Positions 14,401-29,700 of a stretch of 64,000 nt of DNA are shown here, in pieces (the first letter of the stretch is position 1; each line of letters begins with the position of its first letter). The DNA comes from Octopus vulgaris (Eukaryota): the NCBI GenBank assembly GCA_951406725.2, contig OX597815.1, positions 106,206,001 through 106,270,000 of the forward strand. Direction: 5' to 3'. The notes under the pieces were generated by a model. It worked only from the letters and a program-made list of their open reading frames with translations, was not told where the DNA came from and made no database searches. The translations under genes were made by a program, and so were the position numbers.

Positions 14401-17400
14401 GAAATGCCAAGTCTTTGAAATCGCTGATGATAATCTGAAAAAAATCAATAATTCTAGGTAATTTCTGTCATCCACCTCATAGTATACCAGAAATGTTTTA
14501 TAGTGATTTTGATTCAATGAATTTGATTCAAAACATAAAGCAAAAAGTTAATGAGCTCATATTCATGGATGATTTTAATGCACTTCAAATTAATAACAAT
14601 GAATTTGTGGGTGAATGCTTTTGTGACACAAATGGGTAATAATTTATGTCCCAATATAACTTTGCCAACTCAGTTCTGATAAAACTGCCTGCCTAATTAT
14701 TTTGCAATTTCTCCTACCACCATTTTCTCTATTTCAGAAATTTTGTTCAAATGTTTATCTGATTACTTGCCTTATTTCGCATCTTTTGATGAATTGATAA
14801 AGCCTGATCGCACCAACATTAAAATGAATCGATATGAAACTGTTCAGATAAAATTAGATCATAATCAATTACAAAGTGAACTAGCAGAAACAAATCCTGT
14901 TACAACTATTGAATAGTGACGATTTTAATGTAAATACTGCATGTCTTCTTTCAATTATTACACATAAAATAAATCATCTAACATTCTGAAACACTGTTAA
15001 GTTCAATAAATATAAACATAGAAAAGAACCATGAATGACAAATGGAATTTTGATTTCTATGACAAAAAGGAGACCATATAGAACTGTTAATGATTAAGGA
15101 TTCAGTTAGTTGAAGAAAAAAATTACGTTCAACATATTAGAAAATTTATGTAAAATGCTGAACTTCTCTATTACTCAAGCCCTATTTTTTCAATATAAAA
15201 ATATTTAAAAGCATCACCAACTATCAAAAAGCTCTTAATTGAGAACTGAAATAAAACCAAATTTATCCATTGATTATTTTATTTATCATGATAGAATGAT
15301 TGGAGATACAAGGCAAAATTGCAGAACATTTTAATAGATATTTCTATAGCATAGGACACACTTTTATAAATGCTTTCCTTAAAAGGCTATCTGCAGTTTC
15401 TGAAAAATTATCTTCATCCTTCGTTTCCCATAATCTACCTCAACATGTTAATAGCAAGTACCTTATCCCTTCATTTCATCTCATCTACATCATCTTGTTA
15501 ATAATAATTATTGATCTTCACCCACTCATTTTCACATCATTATCTTTCCTTGTTAACAACTGTTATTATCTCCACTCTTCAGTTTACATTATTACCTAAT
15601 CTTATTAACTACAGACATCCAACCCATGCCAACATGGAAACAAGTGTTAAATGATGACGATGTCAAGGGGGGAAGAAGAGGAGAGCAATTATTGTTCGTT
15701 TGGGTTTTCATCTTGTATGTAACGTTAGATTACATTATCAATGACTGCCTTTCACTTGGTTTCAGTCTGAAGTCAAAGGAATCAGAATGGTGTTCAGTTG
15801 CAGAGAAAGAGTCCAGTGATACCTTAATCTACAATTGTATAATGGCATCCTCCTTTCTTTCTTACTGTTCACCATTTAACATTCAAACCAGGTTAGTGGT
15901 CTTCTCATTTATATATATATATGTTGTTGTTAAAATTTTAAATACCTTCAGTCAGTTTATACATTGAATACCTTTATAGAGCATGTGATAGAACACTTGC
16001 CTAAGTTTAATTGTTCTAACTGACCACCTCATTTACTGTATCTCTATTTCTCTTATAATAGTATGACTACTCAACCCATTACAAACCTGTTAACCAACCA
16101 TGTTATGTGTGTGTATACATATATTTTCTACTACAGAAACATTTCAATCAAAATAAGGTTTTTAGTTTTTAACTTAGGAAACACGCATGTAGTACAGTAT
16201 CCTGTCAAAATTTGTCGTTAATATTTTATGAATTTTGAGGATACATTGATGTTAGGATTTTACACATGAATTCAGAATGTTGTAAATGTTAGTTCTTTTC
16301 TATTCAACATAATTTAGTGAATTTAGTAGAAAGAAGGTATATATTAGAGTATCATGCATTTTCTGCAATATAAGATTTATGGTATTTATTATATTCTCAG
16401 AAGGTTTTCAATTTTACCACTGAAGTTTATCTTCATCTATTAATCCATCATTTCAGGGAAAAGATATGCAATCAGTTTAAAAAAATATGCTCTGAGCATG
16501 GTTTTTTACAAAACTGCCATCAAGTTTTTGAAGATTTGAGTCTACATGAATTTTTGTTCCCTCCTGTAAGTAGCAATTATCTAAGAACTGTTCCTTCACT
16601 ATTATCAATTTTTATTATTTTTAACACTCTCGTGGGAGCTACAACAGTTATAGGTATGACCAAATAAAGTAAATTCTGAAATCAGAGAGAAATAGTGAAA
16701 GTCCATGTCATCAGCAATCAATCCTGAAGTCACTTTATAGAAAATTTTGATGGGTTCAGTTCTCATGAGAAGTGAAGAATCTACTGCTCTTGCCCTTCAC
16801 ATGAGATGAAGACCAAGAGGTAGCACCATTAGATTTCTTCACTCCTCATAATAATTAGACTTAGAAAATTCTTCTATGTCCTCTCCTATTATCAGATGAA
16901 GTGATCATTTAATGGAGCCTTCTACATTACAACAGATACAGGTGTTAGTACTATCGCAACCTATTACACTGACTACCTAATGTCAAAGGACAAAAAGATT
17001 GACATATATGCTTTCTTTAATTAAAAGTTTTCTGGAATATTTATTTCTGACACTATTACAGCTATATGACTTTCCTTTTACTAACCACTTTAATGAGACA
17101 AACCTTGTGTGTTTGCTTCTTTAGTGACACATGAATAACATTGCCATCCCAGTCTAAGAGTAAGTTCTGTTTTACTGTAGTCTGAGTGAAAGTCAGCAAA
17201 ACAGGAGTATAGAAAATTATTGAAAAGTACTGGAATGAGAATAAAGAGAAATGAGACACATACCTTAGGAAAACACAAGATAAGTGACTTTATAAATTAA
17301 TGTAGAAGGACCTATTTGTTGTGTGCTAGGATCGTTCCATTGATGACCCACTCAATTTAATGTCTCACGTGGTCCTAGGGATTATTATTCAATGACAAAG

Positions 17401-20400
17401 ATTATTGCTTTATAACAAAAGGTTATTACTTAGTGGTATGAGGGTTATACTTAATGACACAAAGATTATAAGTTAATAATTTGATGTTTAAGAATTGTTA
17501 TTTAATTGCATAAAACTTTCTTTCTTTTAGCTTCTAAGAGTTGAGCTTGAAATATCTTCTTCCCTACCTACAAGTAAGGTTTTCCTGGAAAATTGCTGTT
17601 TCTTTGTGGATGATAAAATGTGGACAACATGGCCAATATTGTGTGACCCTAACTGTTGGGCTTTAGAATGTCAACAGATCTTTTTGAAAAGCGACTTTGT
17701 TACTGTGCCTTTTAATGTAAGTCAAATCATGTGTCATTTCTGTTTTCTAATATGTGGGCAGTGGCTTGGTTGAATCAACAAGAACATCACACAAAATACC
17801 TTGCAGAGATTTGAATTCACTCTATGTTCTGAATTTAAATCCCTCTAATGTCATCTTTGCTTTCAAACTTCTGGGTTGATAAAACAAGTACCAACCAAGT
17901 ATTGGGTTGGTATAATTTCCTCCCAACAAAATTTCTGGTCTTTGACCTCTCTAAGAAATTACTATTATTTAACTTTAGATCTCACTGGGTCTTGTTTCCC
18001 TTTCATCTTCTTGGAAGAAGCCAATATATTAATACTAGTTCAATAATACTAAGTGAATTTAATTCACTATTTCCATCAACAAGATATTCAGAATTTGGGG
18101 AATAAGCCAAATTTCTATACTTACCTAACATACATTAAAATAGCAATTCCATAATTCCATACAATACGCTCAGAACAAAGCATAATAAAACATTACACAT
18201 ATCCAAGGCACACAAAACTAAGAATACAGAAATAACAATATTAATAACAGTGATTTCTAACATATATGTAAAAACCACCAGTTTTTGTGGATGGGAATAG
18301 TTAATTAAATTTACCCAGTATTATTGAACTAGTATTAATTTATTGTCATTTAACGTACACTGTATTAAAATAAGAGCTACTAATAGTTTCTTACCATTGA
18401 GACATGTGGTTAGGCAGATTTTTAAAATGTGCCTTATGTCTGTGAGCCTGAATATTGCTTGGAGACAAGGCACATTATAAAAATCTGATCAGAGGATGAA
18501 AATGATAATAATAGAAATATAAGGAAGCATCAAAATGCTGAAAATATGAGCCAAAGCAGAAATTGTGTAAATGAGGTAATACAAGTGAGAAACATAACTT
18601 TCAAATGAAATAGTATCTGGAAAATATTTGTGTGGACAGTTAGATGTATTGTATCAGTTTTTGTGGAGATAAGAATTTTCTTGCAGGGAAACCAATTCAG
18701 CAACTGCTGCCCCAAAGGAAACATACAAATTCATTTTCAAAGACCTATTATAGAATATCTTGAAAATGTAATGAACCAATCTGACCATCTCATTTGAGAT
18801 TATTATAAACTTATTACTGGAATAGCTATAGTATTGACACCTATTACCTATTTTTGATAGCTCTGTTTTAAAGCATCTGTAATATTCCATCTTTATCTTT
18901 TTTTCATTTGTATGTGTTGTGCTCTGTCCAGATTGTTAATTCCAATGTATCTATAAGTCTGTATTTGATCTAATTGTCTTATTTTTGTTTCATCATCTAA
19001 CATAATAATAATGGTCTTAATTAATTTTACTATTTCCAAAGTTACTTTGTTGCATTTTTCTAACAGAAACCTCCTCAAACTTTCTCTGTTAAATCTGTGC
19101 ACTGTATGTAGGAGTGTTTCTTGCAGTATAAAACAGTATACAACTTGATGATGTCATCCATATGAAAAATATAGTTGACTATTCTCTCATAGCTTTTGTA
19201 TCTAAGTTTAGTCTGGTTTAGGAAGCTGGTTAAAAGTATTAATACAGTGTTAATGTCATGCAGAAAAGAACTAGAGAGAGAGAGTCTTAGAATATTTCTC
19301 TTCTAATTGAGATGGATTTCATTTACATAATTCCTTTTTCTTCTGTTTGGATCTGCAGAATTGTTTTCCTTTTACTCATAACATGTTTAATGAACCTGCT
19401 TATTACTGGTACTGTATTTTCACATCTGATGTTACTAGATCCATAAATGAACTATGTCAAAAAGCCTAGTGGTAGGTAATTCATACCATGCTAGGATCCT
19501 TTTTACTGCTATCACATCATCCTTTGCAGCTTCTCTTCTGTTCTTCTGGATTATTATTGTTTCTGTCATTATTCCTATTTAATTAAGTTGAAGTCCACCA
19601 GGATCAGCTTCTCTCATGCCAATAAAATAAGCACCAGTTAAGTGTTGTGGGGCTCAATATAATGAACTATATTTTACCAAAATGCATTGTCTTGTGTTTG
19701 TGTTAAAAATTCATCTTCATCATCATCATTATTAGTATTACTTTCTCCATCTTTTCTTTGTTTCAGGCTTTGGAGTCTCAACTAGAGATGTGTTTAAATG
19801 AAGGTCTCATATTATTTGTTACTAATTGTGATTCTCAGAAACTACATACTAATCGACTACTCCTCTCAGTCATCTTTGCTTACAGAAGGTTCATACAAGC
19901 AACACACACCTTCAAGATATGGGTAAGTCTTGTCTATTTTTATTAATTATAGGAAAGTTTAAGTTGATATAGTTAAGACTGGTTGTAGTAACACAGCTGA
20001 GTCATTGTAGCACAGCTAAGTCATTGTAACACCACTTGGTTACAGCAATACTCCATTCCTTATGCAATCCTGATATAACACAAATGGTAGTAAAAACCAT
20101 GAAATAAAGTATTACAGATATCTGGATTGTGAAATCAATATGAAGAGATCCTTTAAGAACAAACCCTGTACTGTATTGGTTGGTACTGCCACTGCAAGTC
20201 ATCAGTTGACAACTCAGAACCTCTCATGATTAACTTTTTTATATTTTGTTGTTAATCTGTGATTGTAGTTTGGGTTGAAACCTGTCTCCTTTGATCTAGA
20301 AGTTATGATCTACTGAATGGGTTGAAACTGTTAATTATTTTATATGGGTTTAACAATAGATTATTTATATAATTCTTCCTACATTGTTGCTAATCTAGTT

Positions 20401-23104
20401 AATTATTATTTCAAACCAGAATCCACTTCACATTGATTTCCAATGTTGCTAAAAAATATACTAGTCATATACTGAGATTTTTTATTTCAATAAACTTTAC
20501 TCCTTTTTGCCATCAGTTTTTAGCTTTGTATCAATGTGATAAATCAACATAAGATAAACAAATAAAGAGATTTTTAGGTAGGGATAAGCACACAGAAGTA
20601 CAGGAGCTGGATGTATAGAGGATCAATGGACAGAGGGATGGTAGGTGAACATAAGAATGGATGCTGAGAGGGTAAATAAAAATATCAGTTGGGTAGATAT
20701 GTGTTTATGTATTTTATTTGACTGTCTAATAAATTAATAGGGAATAGAACAAAAACAAAGCTAAACAGTTGTGGAGAGAAAACTAAGACATCCAAAGTTA
20801 AACAATAAAACAGTCAATGTTTAAAGTTAAACAATGAAAATGTCAAGGCTTTTAGGTTAAGCTGCCCTCTTAGAAAATTTCTGATTAATAAGAAAATACA
20901 AAAAAAGATAAACTAATTTAACATAGCATGAAATATAGAATATTTCATAGGACAGTATGGTATATAATTCAGAATGTAGTATAGACTATAGTTTAAAGCA
21001 TAATACAGAATATTATCATTTAATGTCTAGTTTCCATGCTGGTATGGGTTAAATAGTTTAACAGGATTTAATGATTCGAAGAACTACCTCATTTCTTAAT
21101 ATCTGCTTTGACATAGTTTCTATAACTAGATGTCTTTCACATATATATGTGTGTTTACTTCACCATCATCATTTAATGTCTGTGATGATGATGACATGTA
21201 TGTATTGTATACATTACAGAGAATAACATAGGATATATTATAGGATGTTTATAGTAATAAATAATAGAATTACATTTCTATTGTTATGAATTAAACTTTT
21301 TTTTAATTAACTAAATTGGAATCTCTAATGTTGCTTAATGATATAAAACATAAAGGATTTTGTTTTTCAGACTGGTGACCTTGAAGTAGAATGCAACCCC
21401 TCATTCCGACTCTACCTTCATACATCAAGTGATGCCTCCTTAATATCTGATACCCTCTCTCCATATCTGACCATAATCACATTTTCTCAGTCATACGAGT
21501 GTTTATACAAAGATTTGTTCCTCAGATGTATTAACCGGGAAAAATCTCAGCTCAAAGATGAACGAAACCATTTTTTACAAGTAACCATCATCTTTCATGT
21601 ATTTCATGTTATTGTTTTAATGCAATTGTTTCTTAGTTGTATCAGTCTCTTTTGCAAAACTGCTAAGTTATGGGGATGTAAACAAACCAACACCAGTTGT
21701 CAAGTGATGGTGGGAGACAAATGCAAACACAGACACACACACAAATCATCATCATCATCTTCATTTAATGTCTGCTTTCTATGTTGGCATGAGTTTGATG
21801 GTTTGACAGAAATTGGCCAGCTGGCGAGCTACCCAGGTTCCAGTTGTCTATTTCGGCATAGTTTCTATTGTTGGATGCCCTTCCTAACACTAACTGCTTC
21901 ACATACTATACTGGGTACTTTTCATGTGATAGTGGCATAGGCACCTTTATGCGGAACCAGCCTGGATGCTTTTACATGGCACCAGCACAGGCACTTTTCT
22001 GTAGCACTTGCACTTTTATGTGACACCACCACCTGCAAGCCCTAAAGAAAAGGACCTCTCAGCTGAGAAAGGGATGCAGAGGACATACCAGTATGTATGG
22101 ACATCAACAGTTTTATACTTAGCTTGAATGTTTCTTCTCAAGCACAGTGAATTGCAAGCAATCTCAGTCCCCTGTCACCTCTTCTGTGAAGCCCAATGTC
22201 TGAAGATCCTTTCTCACTACTTCATCCCTCATCTTCCTGGGTCTTTTCTTCCACAGGTTCCCTCCACACACACACACACATATATGGAATAGAATGACTA
22301 AGCAATGATGCGTATAAATAGAAACTTATTACCATTTCAAATAAGCTTGGGGCATATTCAAACCCATGAGAAAGTGGTTTTCACTATATTTCATCTTGGA
22401 GTAAATTTCTTGGTGTAAACAAACAGGTGTAAAGACACCAAGTCAGTTCGAAGCACTCTCTAACCAGTCTTCATGGATATATATATATATATATATATTC
22501 ATACATATATATATATAACACTATACTTGTTCCACATCCTCGCGTTGTTGTGTTTTCTCTTTGTTCATGTTTGGATTAACTATATATATATATATACATA
22601 CACACACACACACACACATGCACAATAGGCTTCTTTCAGTTTCCATCTACCAAATCCACTCACAAAGCTTTGGTTGGTCTTAAGCTATAATAGAAGACAA
22701 CTTGCTCAAGGTGTCACACAGTGGGAGTGAACCCAGAACCATGTGGTTGAGAAGCAAATTCCTTAGTCCCACCTATTAGATAAGTGTCTTCTACTATAGC
22801 TCCAGACTGGTCAGTGCTTTGTGAGTGGATTTGGTTAACAGAAGCTGTATGATAGATCATCATATATATGTATGTGTGTTTTTACATTCTGCAATGTATT
22901 CACATGAAATTGCTTGAGCAAATGTGTTATGTTGACAATTCTCTGTCATCAAATTACCCCATAGTTCCATGCTCAGAAAGGCAAGCAGAAAAAAATCCCT
23001 TCCTTTAAAACCAGGTAAGGTCTAGTGTTAAGAAGAACATCCATGCCTCAATAATAAGTTTTCGTCCAACCTATATTAGCATGGAAAAACAGACATTGAC
23101 CAAA

Positions 23105-23138
<34 letters not shown>

Positions 23139-24133
23139 TGTGTGTATGTGTGCGTGTGTGTGTGCATGTACACTCTGCTGGGTCTATGCAAAATTCAGTG
23201 CAGTGTATAACGATTATTTTCCTATCCTTTTTGTTTCTCAAATGTTGGAATATGTTATATTTTATATGTTCCATAGAGACTTCCCACTTCCACTAATAAT
23301 CAGTAAATTACTTAACCTGTTACAAAAGAAGTGGTTATCTTGTGTTATTGCATTCCAAATACCCTGAAATGGTGTAAATGATAATTGTATTTACTACCCA
23401 CTTGGTTATTTTTCAGGAGAAATGGGATAAAACTAAGGAGTCTCTTGAAACTGAAGACAAGTTACTAATGGGACTGTGTCAGGAAGTTGACCTGTTGAAG
23501 TCAAAGCAAACTGTTAAAGAATTGACTGAACTGGTGAACCAGCATAGTGAAATTAAAGAACGGTAAATGTTTGAAAATTTACTCATTGTATGTTTGTGAG
23601 ATATACCGTGTGTATGTACCTAAGGGACTATAAACATGTATGGTTGAATGGTTGAAGAAGTTTATTCCACAGTCAGAATTGAAGTTGACTCAAATATCAT
23701 AATGGAAATTGGTTTAATAGAAACTGCATGAAAATATGTTGTATGGTCTATATCTGCTATTCAGACGGCCAGACTTGTGAAAAACTTTGTCACACTGAAT
23801 CTGCAGGAATTTATGTTAAGAGAACAATTATCTGTAGAATACTCAACCACCTACACTACAGTATAATAAGTGAATAATTCTATGAATCAAACAACTGAAA
23901 TAGTCATCATTGAAATTTATGTGAGCTCCTAAGTAATTGTAATATTTATTTCTTTTACTTGTTTCAGTCATTGAACTGTGGCCATGCTGGAGCACTGCCT
24001 TGAATGGTTTAGTCAAACAAATTAACCCAATACTTTTTTTAAAATCTAGTACCTATTCAATTGGTCTCTTTTGCGGAGATGTAAACAAACCAACACTAGT
24101 TGTCAAGCTGTGATGGGGGACAAACTCAAAGAT

Positions 24134-24191
<58 letters not shown>

Positions 24192-25555
24192 GCACATATA
24201 TACATGGCAGACATCTTTCAGTTTCTATCTACTAAATCCACTCACGAGGCTTTGGTTGACACATAACTATAGTAGAAGACACTTGCCCACAGTGTCACAC
24301 AGTGGGACTAAAACTTGAAACCATTTGGTTGGGAAGAGCATACACAAAGCCTGAAATTCGGGGAAGGAAGTTAGACAATATTGTTGACTCCAGTACCTGA
24401 CTAGTACTCTAATTTATTGACTCCTTTCATCTTTGTATGTGTACTCATGTTATTGTTTGCCAAATCTGAAAATTTTTTGTGTAATGTCACCATTTTCCTT
24501 TTTCTTTTGTTAAAGGGTAATTTTTTTTCCATTTTCTTGTTTTGAGTTTCTGTAGATTTTCTGGGTTTTTTTTTTCTTTTTCTTAAAAACAATGAAATTC
24601 TATCAACTCATTTTCTTTCAAGCATGGTTGGCCATTTTATTCTGAGAGGCCATGTTTTAAAATAAAAAGAAAAAACTGTCTAATTTTGTGGAAATCTTCC
24701 ACAAAATATCTCAGATCCATCCACACATATACAATTGGGAAATCCTTTGCTTTTAAATAATCCAAAATATAAAAAATAACTTTTCATTTACACCTGGTAA
24801 GCTCCAAAATCTTCAGAGCTTGTAACATGTAGCTCCAATAACCAACATAGACAATGATGAGGGTGTTGATTTTTAATGCTAGTAACAATAAACATATCTG
24901 ATACTTTACCAATCCCAGATGGTTGAAAGGCATAACTGATCCCATTAGGATTTGAACTCAGGATGTGATGGTGGTAACGATGATTGAGATGACAGCAGTG
25001 ATTGTATATTATAAATGATAGTGATGATGAATATTGTATCAAGTTGATATTTTCCATTATATTGTTTTTTGAGAGTTTTTTTTCCTGATACATCCTCCCT
25101 TTCTCATCTTCAGATTGTTAACTGTGTTAGAAGAAGAAGAGAATGTTCTACGTGAAGCTACAGAACATTTATCCATTCTGGCCAGTCAAGGAGCAATATG
25201 TTACTACACCATGCAACACATGAAGCAACTCCATCCTCTTTACAGATGCCCTTACTCATCTTTCTTAAAACTATTTCACTCAGTCATTAATGAATTGGAT
25301 TGGTAAAGTTTGTATTGGAAATTATTTTAAGACTCTCTCTCTCTCTCTCTCTATTTCTCTCTCTCTCTCTCTATTTCTCTCTCTCTCTCACTATATATAT
25401 ATATCATCATCATCATCATCATCGTCGTTTAACGTCCGTTCTCCATGCTAGCATGGGTTGGACGGTTCGACCGGGGTTCTGGGAAGCCAGAAGGCTGCAC
25501 CAGGCTCCAGTCTAATCTGGCAATGTTTCTACAGCTGGATGCCCTTCCTAACGCC

Positions 25556-25588
<33 letters not shown>

Positions 25589-26747
25589 TATATATATAAG
25601 TTCAGTAAAAATTTAGATTCAGTTGAATATGGTACATAAGTTAAAGGCACCAGAATTTGGTATGGTATTATCCATATAAATCAAAATGGGGTGATTATAA
25701 TCAAAATAAGCAACAATAATATCAATAGTAAATCTAAATAACAAAGTAAATTCAGTGACAAGTAATGTATCCATGAATAAATATCATTTACTACCATGTT
25801 TCTCTTGATGAAACTTGCCTCTCTGTCTATCTACTTACCCTCATTGTGATGTTGATAAATGGAATAAGTATAAAAATGAATCTTTTCAATTTAACTAAAA
25901 AATTCTATATGCAGCATGGAAAGCGGATGTTAAACAATGACGACAACAATGGACGTATATATATATATATATATATATATATTTTATATACATACACACA
26001 TATAATCAGATACATATGCATACACAAATATATATATATACACACACTGCTCATGTCTGTATATCTGCATATTAATAACCAAGATTAATGCATATTATAT
26101 GATATATATCAGGCATAATATATATTTTATTTTACAATGTATATTCTGTATGTATGTGTGTGTGTGTGTGTGTACATATGCACACACATACATTCTCATA
26201 TACATATATACACATAGATACATGTACTCACATATTCATATATACATGTATATTTATAAAACGTGTACATACACAAATGGATACATATATGTACACACAA
26301 ATGTACAAACTGATAAGCAAATGCATTAAAACATCATATTCTATAACTAGGAATTTTCTAAAACTATAGCTAATTGCAGTCATCAAAAATTATGTAAAAA
26401 TGAAAACTAAAACCACTCACCCAGCCCTATCAACTTCATCTTAGCCACCTAAACAGAAACTTCAGCTACGTATATTTAAATAGTTAACTACTAACCATTC
26501 CAAAACAAGGTACCATCTACACACATGCACACATTTCACAATAAAGATAGGGAAGACAATACTTCAATATCTAAACATATATATAGGTGCAGGAGTGGCT
26601 GTGTGATAAGTAGCTTGCTTACCAACCACATGGTTCCGGATTGAGTCCCACTGTATGATACCTTGGGCAAGTGTCTTCTACTATAGACTCAGGCCAACCA
26701 AAGCCTTGTGAGTGAATTTGGTAGATGGAAACTGAAAGAAGCCCATT

Positions 26748-26787
<40 letters not shown>

Positions 26788-29700
26788 GTGTGTGTATGTT
26801 TGTGTGTCTGTGTTTGTCCCCCACCAACATCGCTTGACAACTGATGCTGGTGTGTTTACATTCCCTAGTGGTTCGGCAAAAGAGGCTGATAGAATAAGTA
26901 CTAGGCTTACAAACAATAAGTCCTGGAGTCGATTTGCTCGACTAAAGATGGTGCTCCAGCATGGCCTCAGTCAAATAAGTGAAAGAAGTAAAAGAGAGTA
27001 CAAGAGTATATATGGTCATTGAAGTTCAAAAATATTCCATATAGCATTAGTATGAAAATAGCACAGCCATGCCAAGCAAACAACCAACTTTGTCAACCTT
27101 GTACTACTAAACCCTATCAAATCTCTTCTCTGTAACCCAACTACCAAACTGAAGCTCTTGAGTTAGTCTCTTCCTGGATATGCAAAAATCATTAAAACTC
27201 TTAAGACATTTCAAGCCAACATATTTTATCCAACACCTAAATACAATAATCACCTTCCCCTTTCCTCCCTCCGAACATAAACCTCATATATATATATATT
27301 GACCACACACACACACACAGCCACATGCACACACACACCCACACACAAATCTGGAAGGGGGTGCATTCCTTCTGAACGTTGTGTGTGTAGCTCCATGGAA
27401 AAGTATTCTCTATGGCTTCTATGGTATGATAAATTTGAATGGTAGTATAACATTAGAGTCTAGCTGTCTAGTTTGGTTGTTCATGATAAATGTCTCATGT
27501 AGGAATGTTTATTATGGAATTAATAATATTTGTAAATAAAAATGTACATTTCTGAATCTCCACAGTACAAATTCTCATGAAGTTGCTGACCAGTTAACTT
27601 ACTTGGCTAACCAAAACATGATCCAAACACTTAGATATCAAGATCGAATTGTTTTCACTTTATTTCTAGCATTTGAGGTAAGAACTATTGTCACTTTTTA
27701 TCTTCATTTTTTTTTTTCTTTTAGGAAAATGTTATAGAATGAAAGATTTGTCAGGAAGACAAAAAAATTGTATGTGTGTGTAAGGGCTAATTTGGGATTA
27801 AAATGCCTTGTGATATTTCCTTATATCCTTTTTCTGTAAAGGGTTATAACATGTTCAATATTGTTACTGAGGTGCAACAGGGATGTATCTTATCACCCAT
27901 TTTATTTCTCATTTTATTTCAACTTTGTCATGAGGAAAGCAATGAACAACCTACAGGCAGGGACTGGGTGGGGTGAAGGGCGGTTATGTGACATGGTTTA
28001 CGCAGATAGCATCATGGTTGTTAGTCAAACACTTGAAGGATTGCAACACCTAACCAATAAACCCAACAGCAATGCAGTTAATGTGTGCCTGCACATAAAC
28101 AAAGACAATGACCACTGATACACCAATAAATCTTCCGGTAGCAGTCGGAAACAACAGTCTGAAGAGCAAAGCAAATTTCAAATATCTAGGAAGCATCTTC
28201 AACATGATGCAAAAATTTGATGTACAAGCCCATGCTGGACAATCTTCAGGTGTATTCAGACGACTTTGCCCAGTGTGGTCCAATAATTCCATCACCAAAA
28301 ATGTGAAAATCCATCTCTACATGTTGATTGTAGTGCCTACTGCTGTCTATGCATACAAGATGCACCACAAGCATCATCAACAAATTGGACATCTTCCATG
28401 GGCGATGCATTCATGTTATACTTAAAATATTGTGGAGGGACTACATCAACAATGAGGAGGTCATATGGCAGTCAGGACTAGATAACTTATCAGACATTGT
28501 CAAGAAACAAAGATTGTGACTCATTAGACATATAATATGGCTACTAGAACACAGGCTACTAAACACTGCATTGACATGAACACTGGCTGGGAGCAAACAA
28601 GGGAGAGGAAGACCACCCAAAAACTGGTACAGTACTCTCTGCAGGGACTTAAGGGAACTGCAATTGACCTGGACTGATACAAATAAACAACTGCAGCAGA
28701 TCGAATTCAGTGGAAGCAACTTGTCGCCCAATGTTCCATTAGGAACAGTAGGTGCTAAGACTAAGAAAGACAGTTAACTTCAAATCCTACTTTGCCTTTA
28801 ATCCTTCTGGGATCATCATCATCATCATCATCATTTAATATCTGTTGTCCATGCTGACATGAGTTGGACAGTTTAACTGGGCTGGTACGCTGGATGGCTG
28901 CACTAGATTCCAGTCTGATTCAGCATGGTTTTCTATAGCTAGATGCCCTTCCTGATGCCAACCACTCCAAGAGTGTAATGGGTGCTTTTACATGCAACTG
29001 TTACAGGTGCCATTTGTGTGACACCGGGGTGCCACTTCGCATGACACCAGTATCTGCCACGACTGCGATTTTGCTTGGCTTGATGGGTCTTCTTCTCAGG
29101 CTCAGTATAATTCCAAAGGTCTTAGTCATTGCCTCCATGAAGCCCAACACTCAAAAGGAACTCAGCCACTTTGCCTCCATGAGGCCCAATGCTCAAAAGG
29201 AACTCAGCCACTTTGCCTCTATGGAAGCTCAATGTTCAAAAGATATTACTTTGTGCCACCAGCACCGGTTCACTTGGCTTGACAGGTCCTCTCAAGCACA
29301 GCGCATCACCAAAGGTCTTGGTCACCAGTCATTGCTTCTGTGAAGCTCAAAGTTCAAAGATCACACTTCACCACCTCATCCCATATCTTCTTGGGTCTAC
29401 CTATACCACAGGTTCCCTCCACAGTTAGAGATCAGCACTTCTTTACACAGCTGTCCTTGTCTATATGCATCACATAACCATACCAGCACAATCATTTTTC
29501 TTGCACACCACATCTGATTCCTCTCATGCCTAACTTTTCTCTCAAGATGCTTACACCCTGTCAAACATGCACACTGACATTGCACATCCAGCAAAGCATA
29601 CTGGTTTCATTTCTCTCAAGCCTACACATGTCCTTGGCTGTTATAGACCATGTTTCACTGCCATGTAGCATAGCTGTCTGCACACAGGCCTCATGCAATC

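Noticed and set aside
25846-26369. ORFs rich in Y/I/H/T/C/V (also at 9874, 23071-23367, 46868-47210, 59033-59378)
   Set aside because: Translations of (TA)n/(CA)n/(TG)n microsatellites
26585-26655. tRNA gene
   Set aside because: tRNA-like A/B boxes continue into a multi-copy SINE body; no complete cloverleaf
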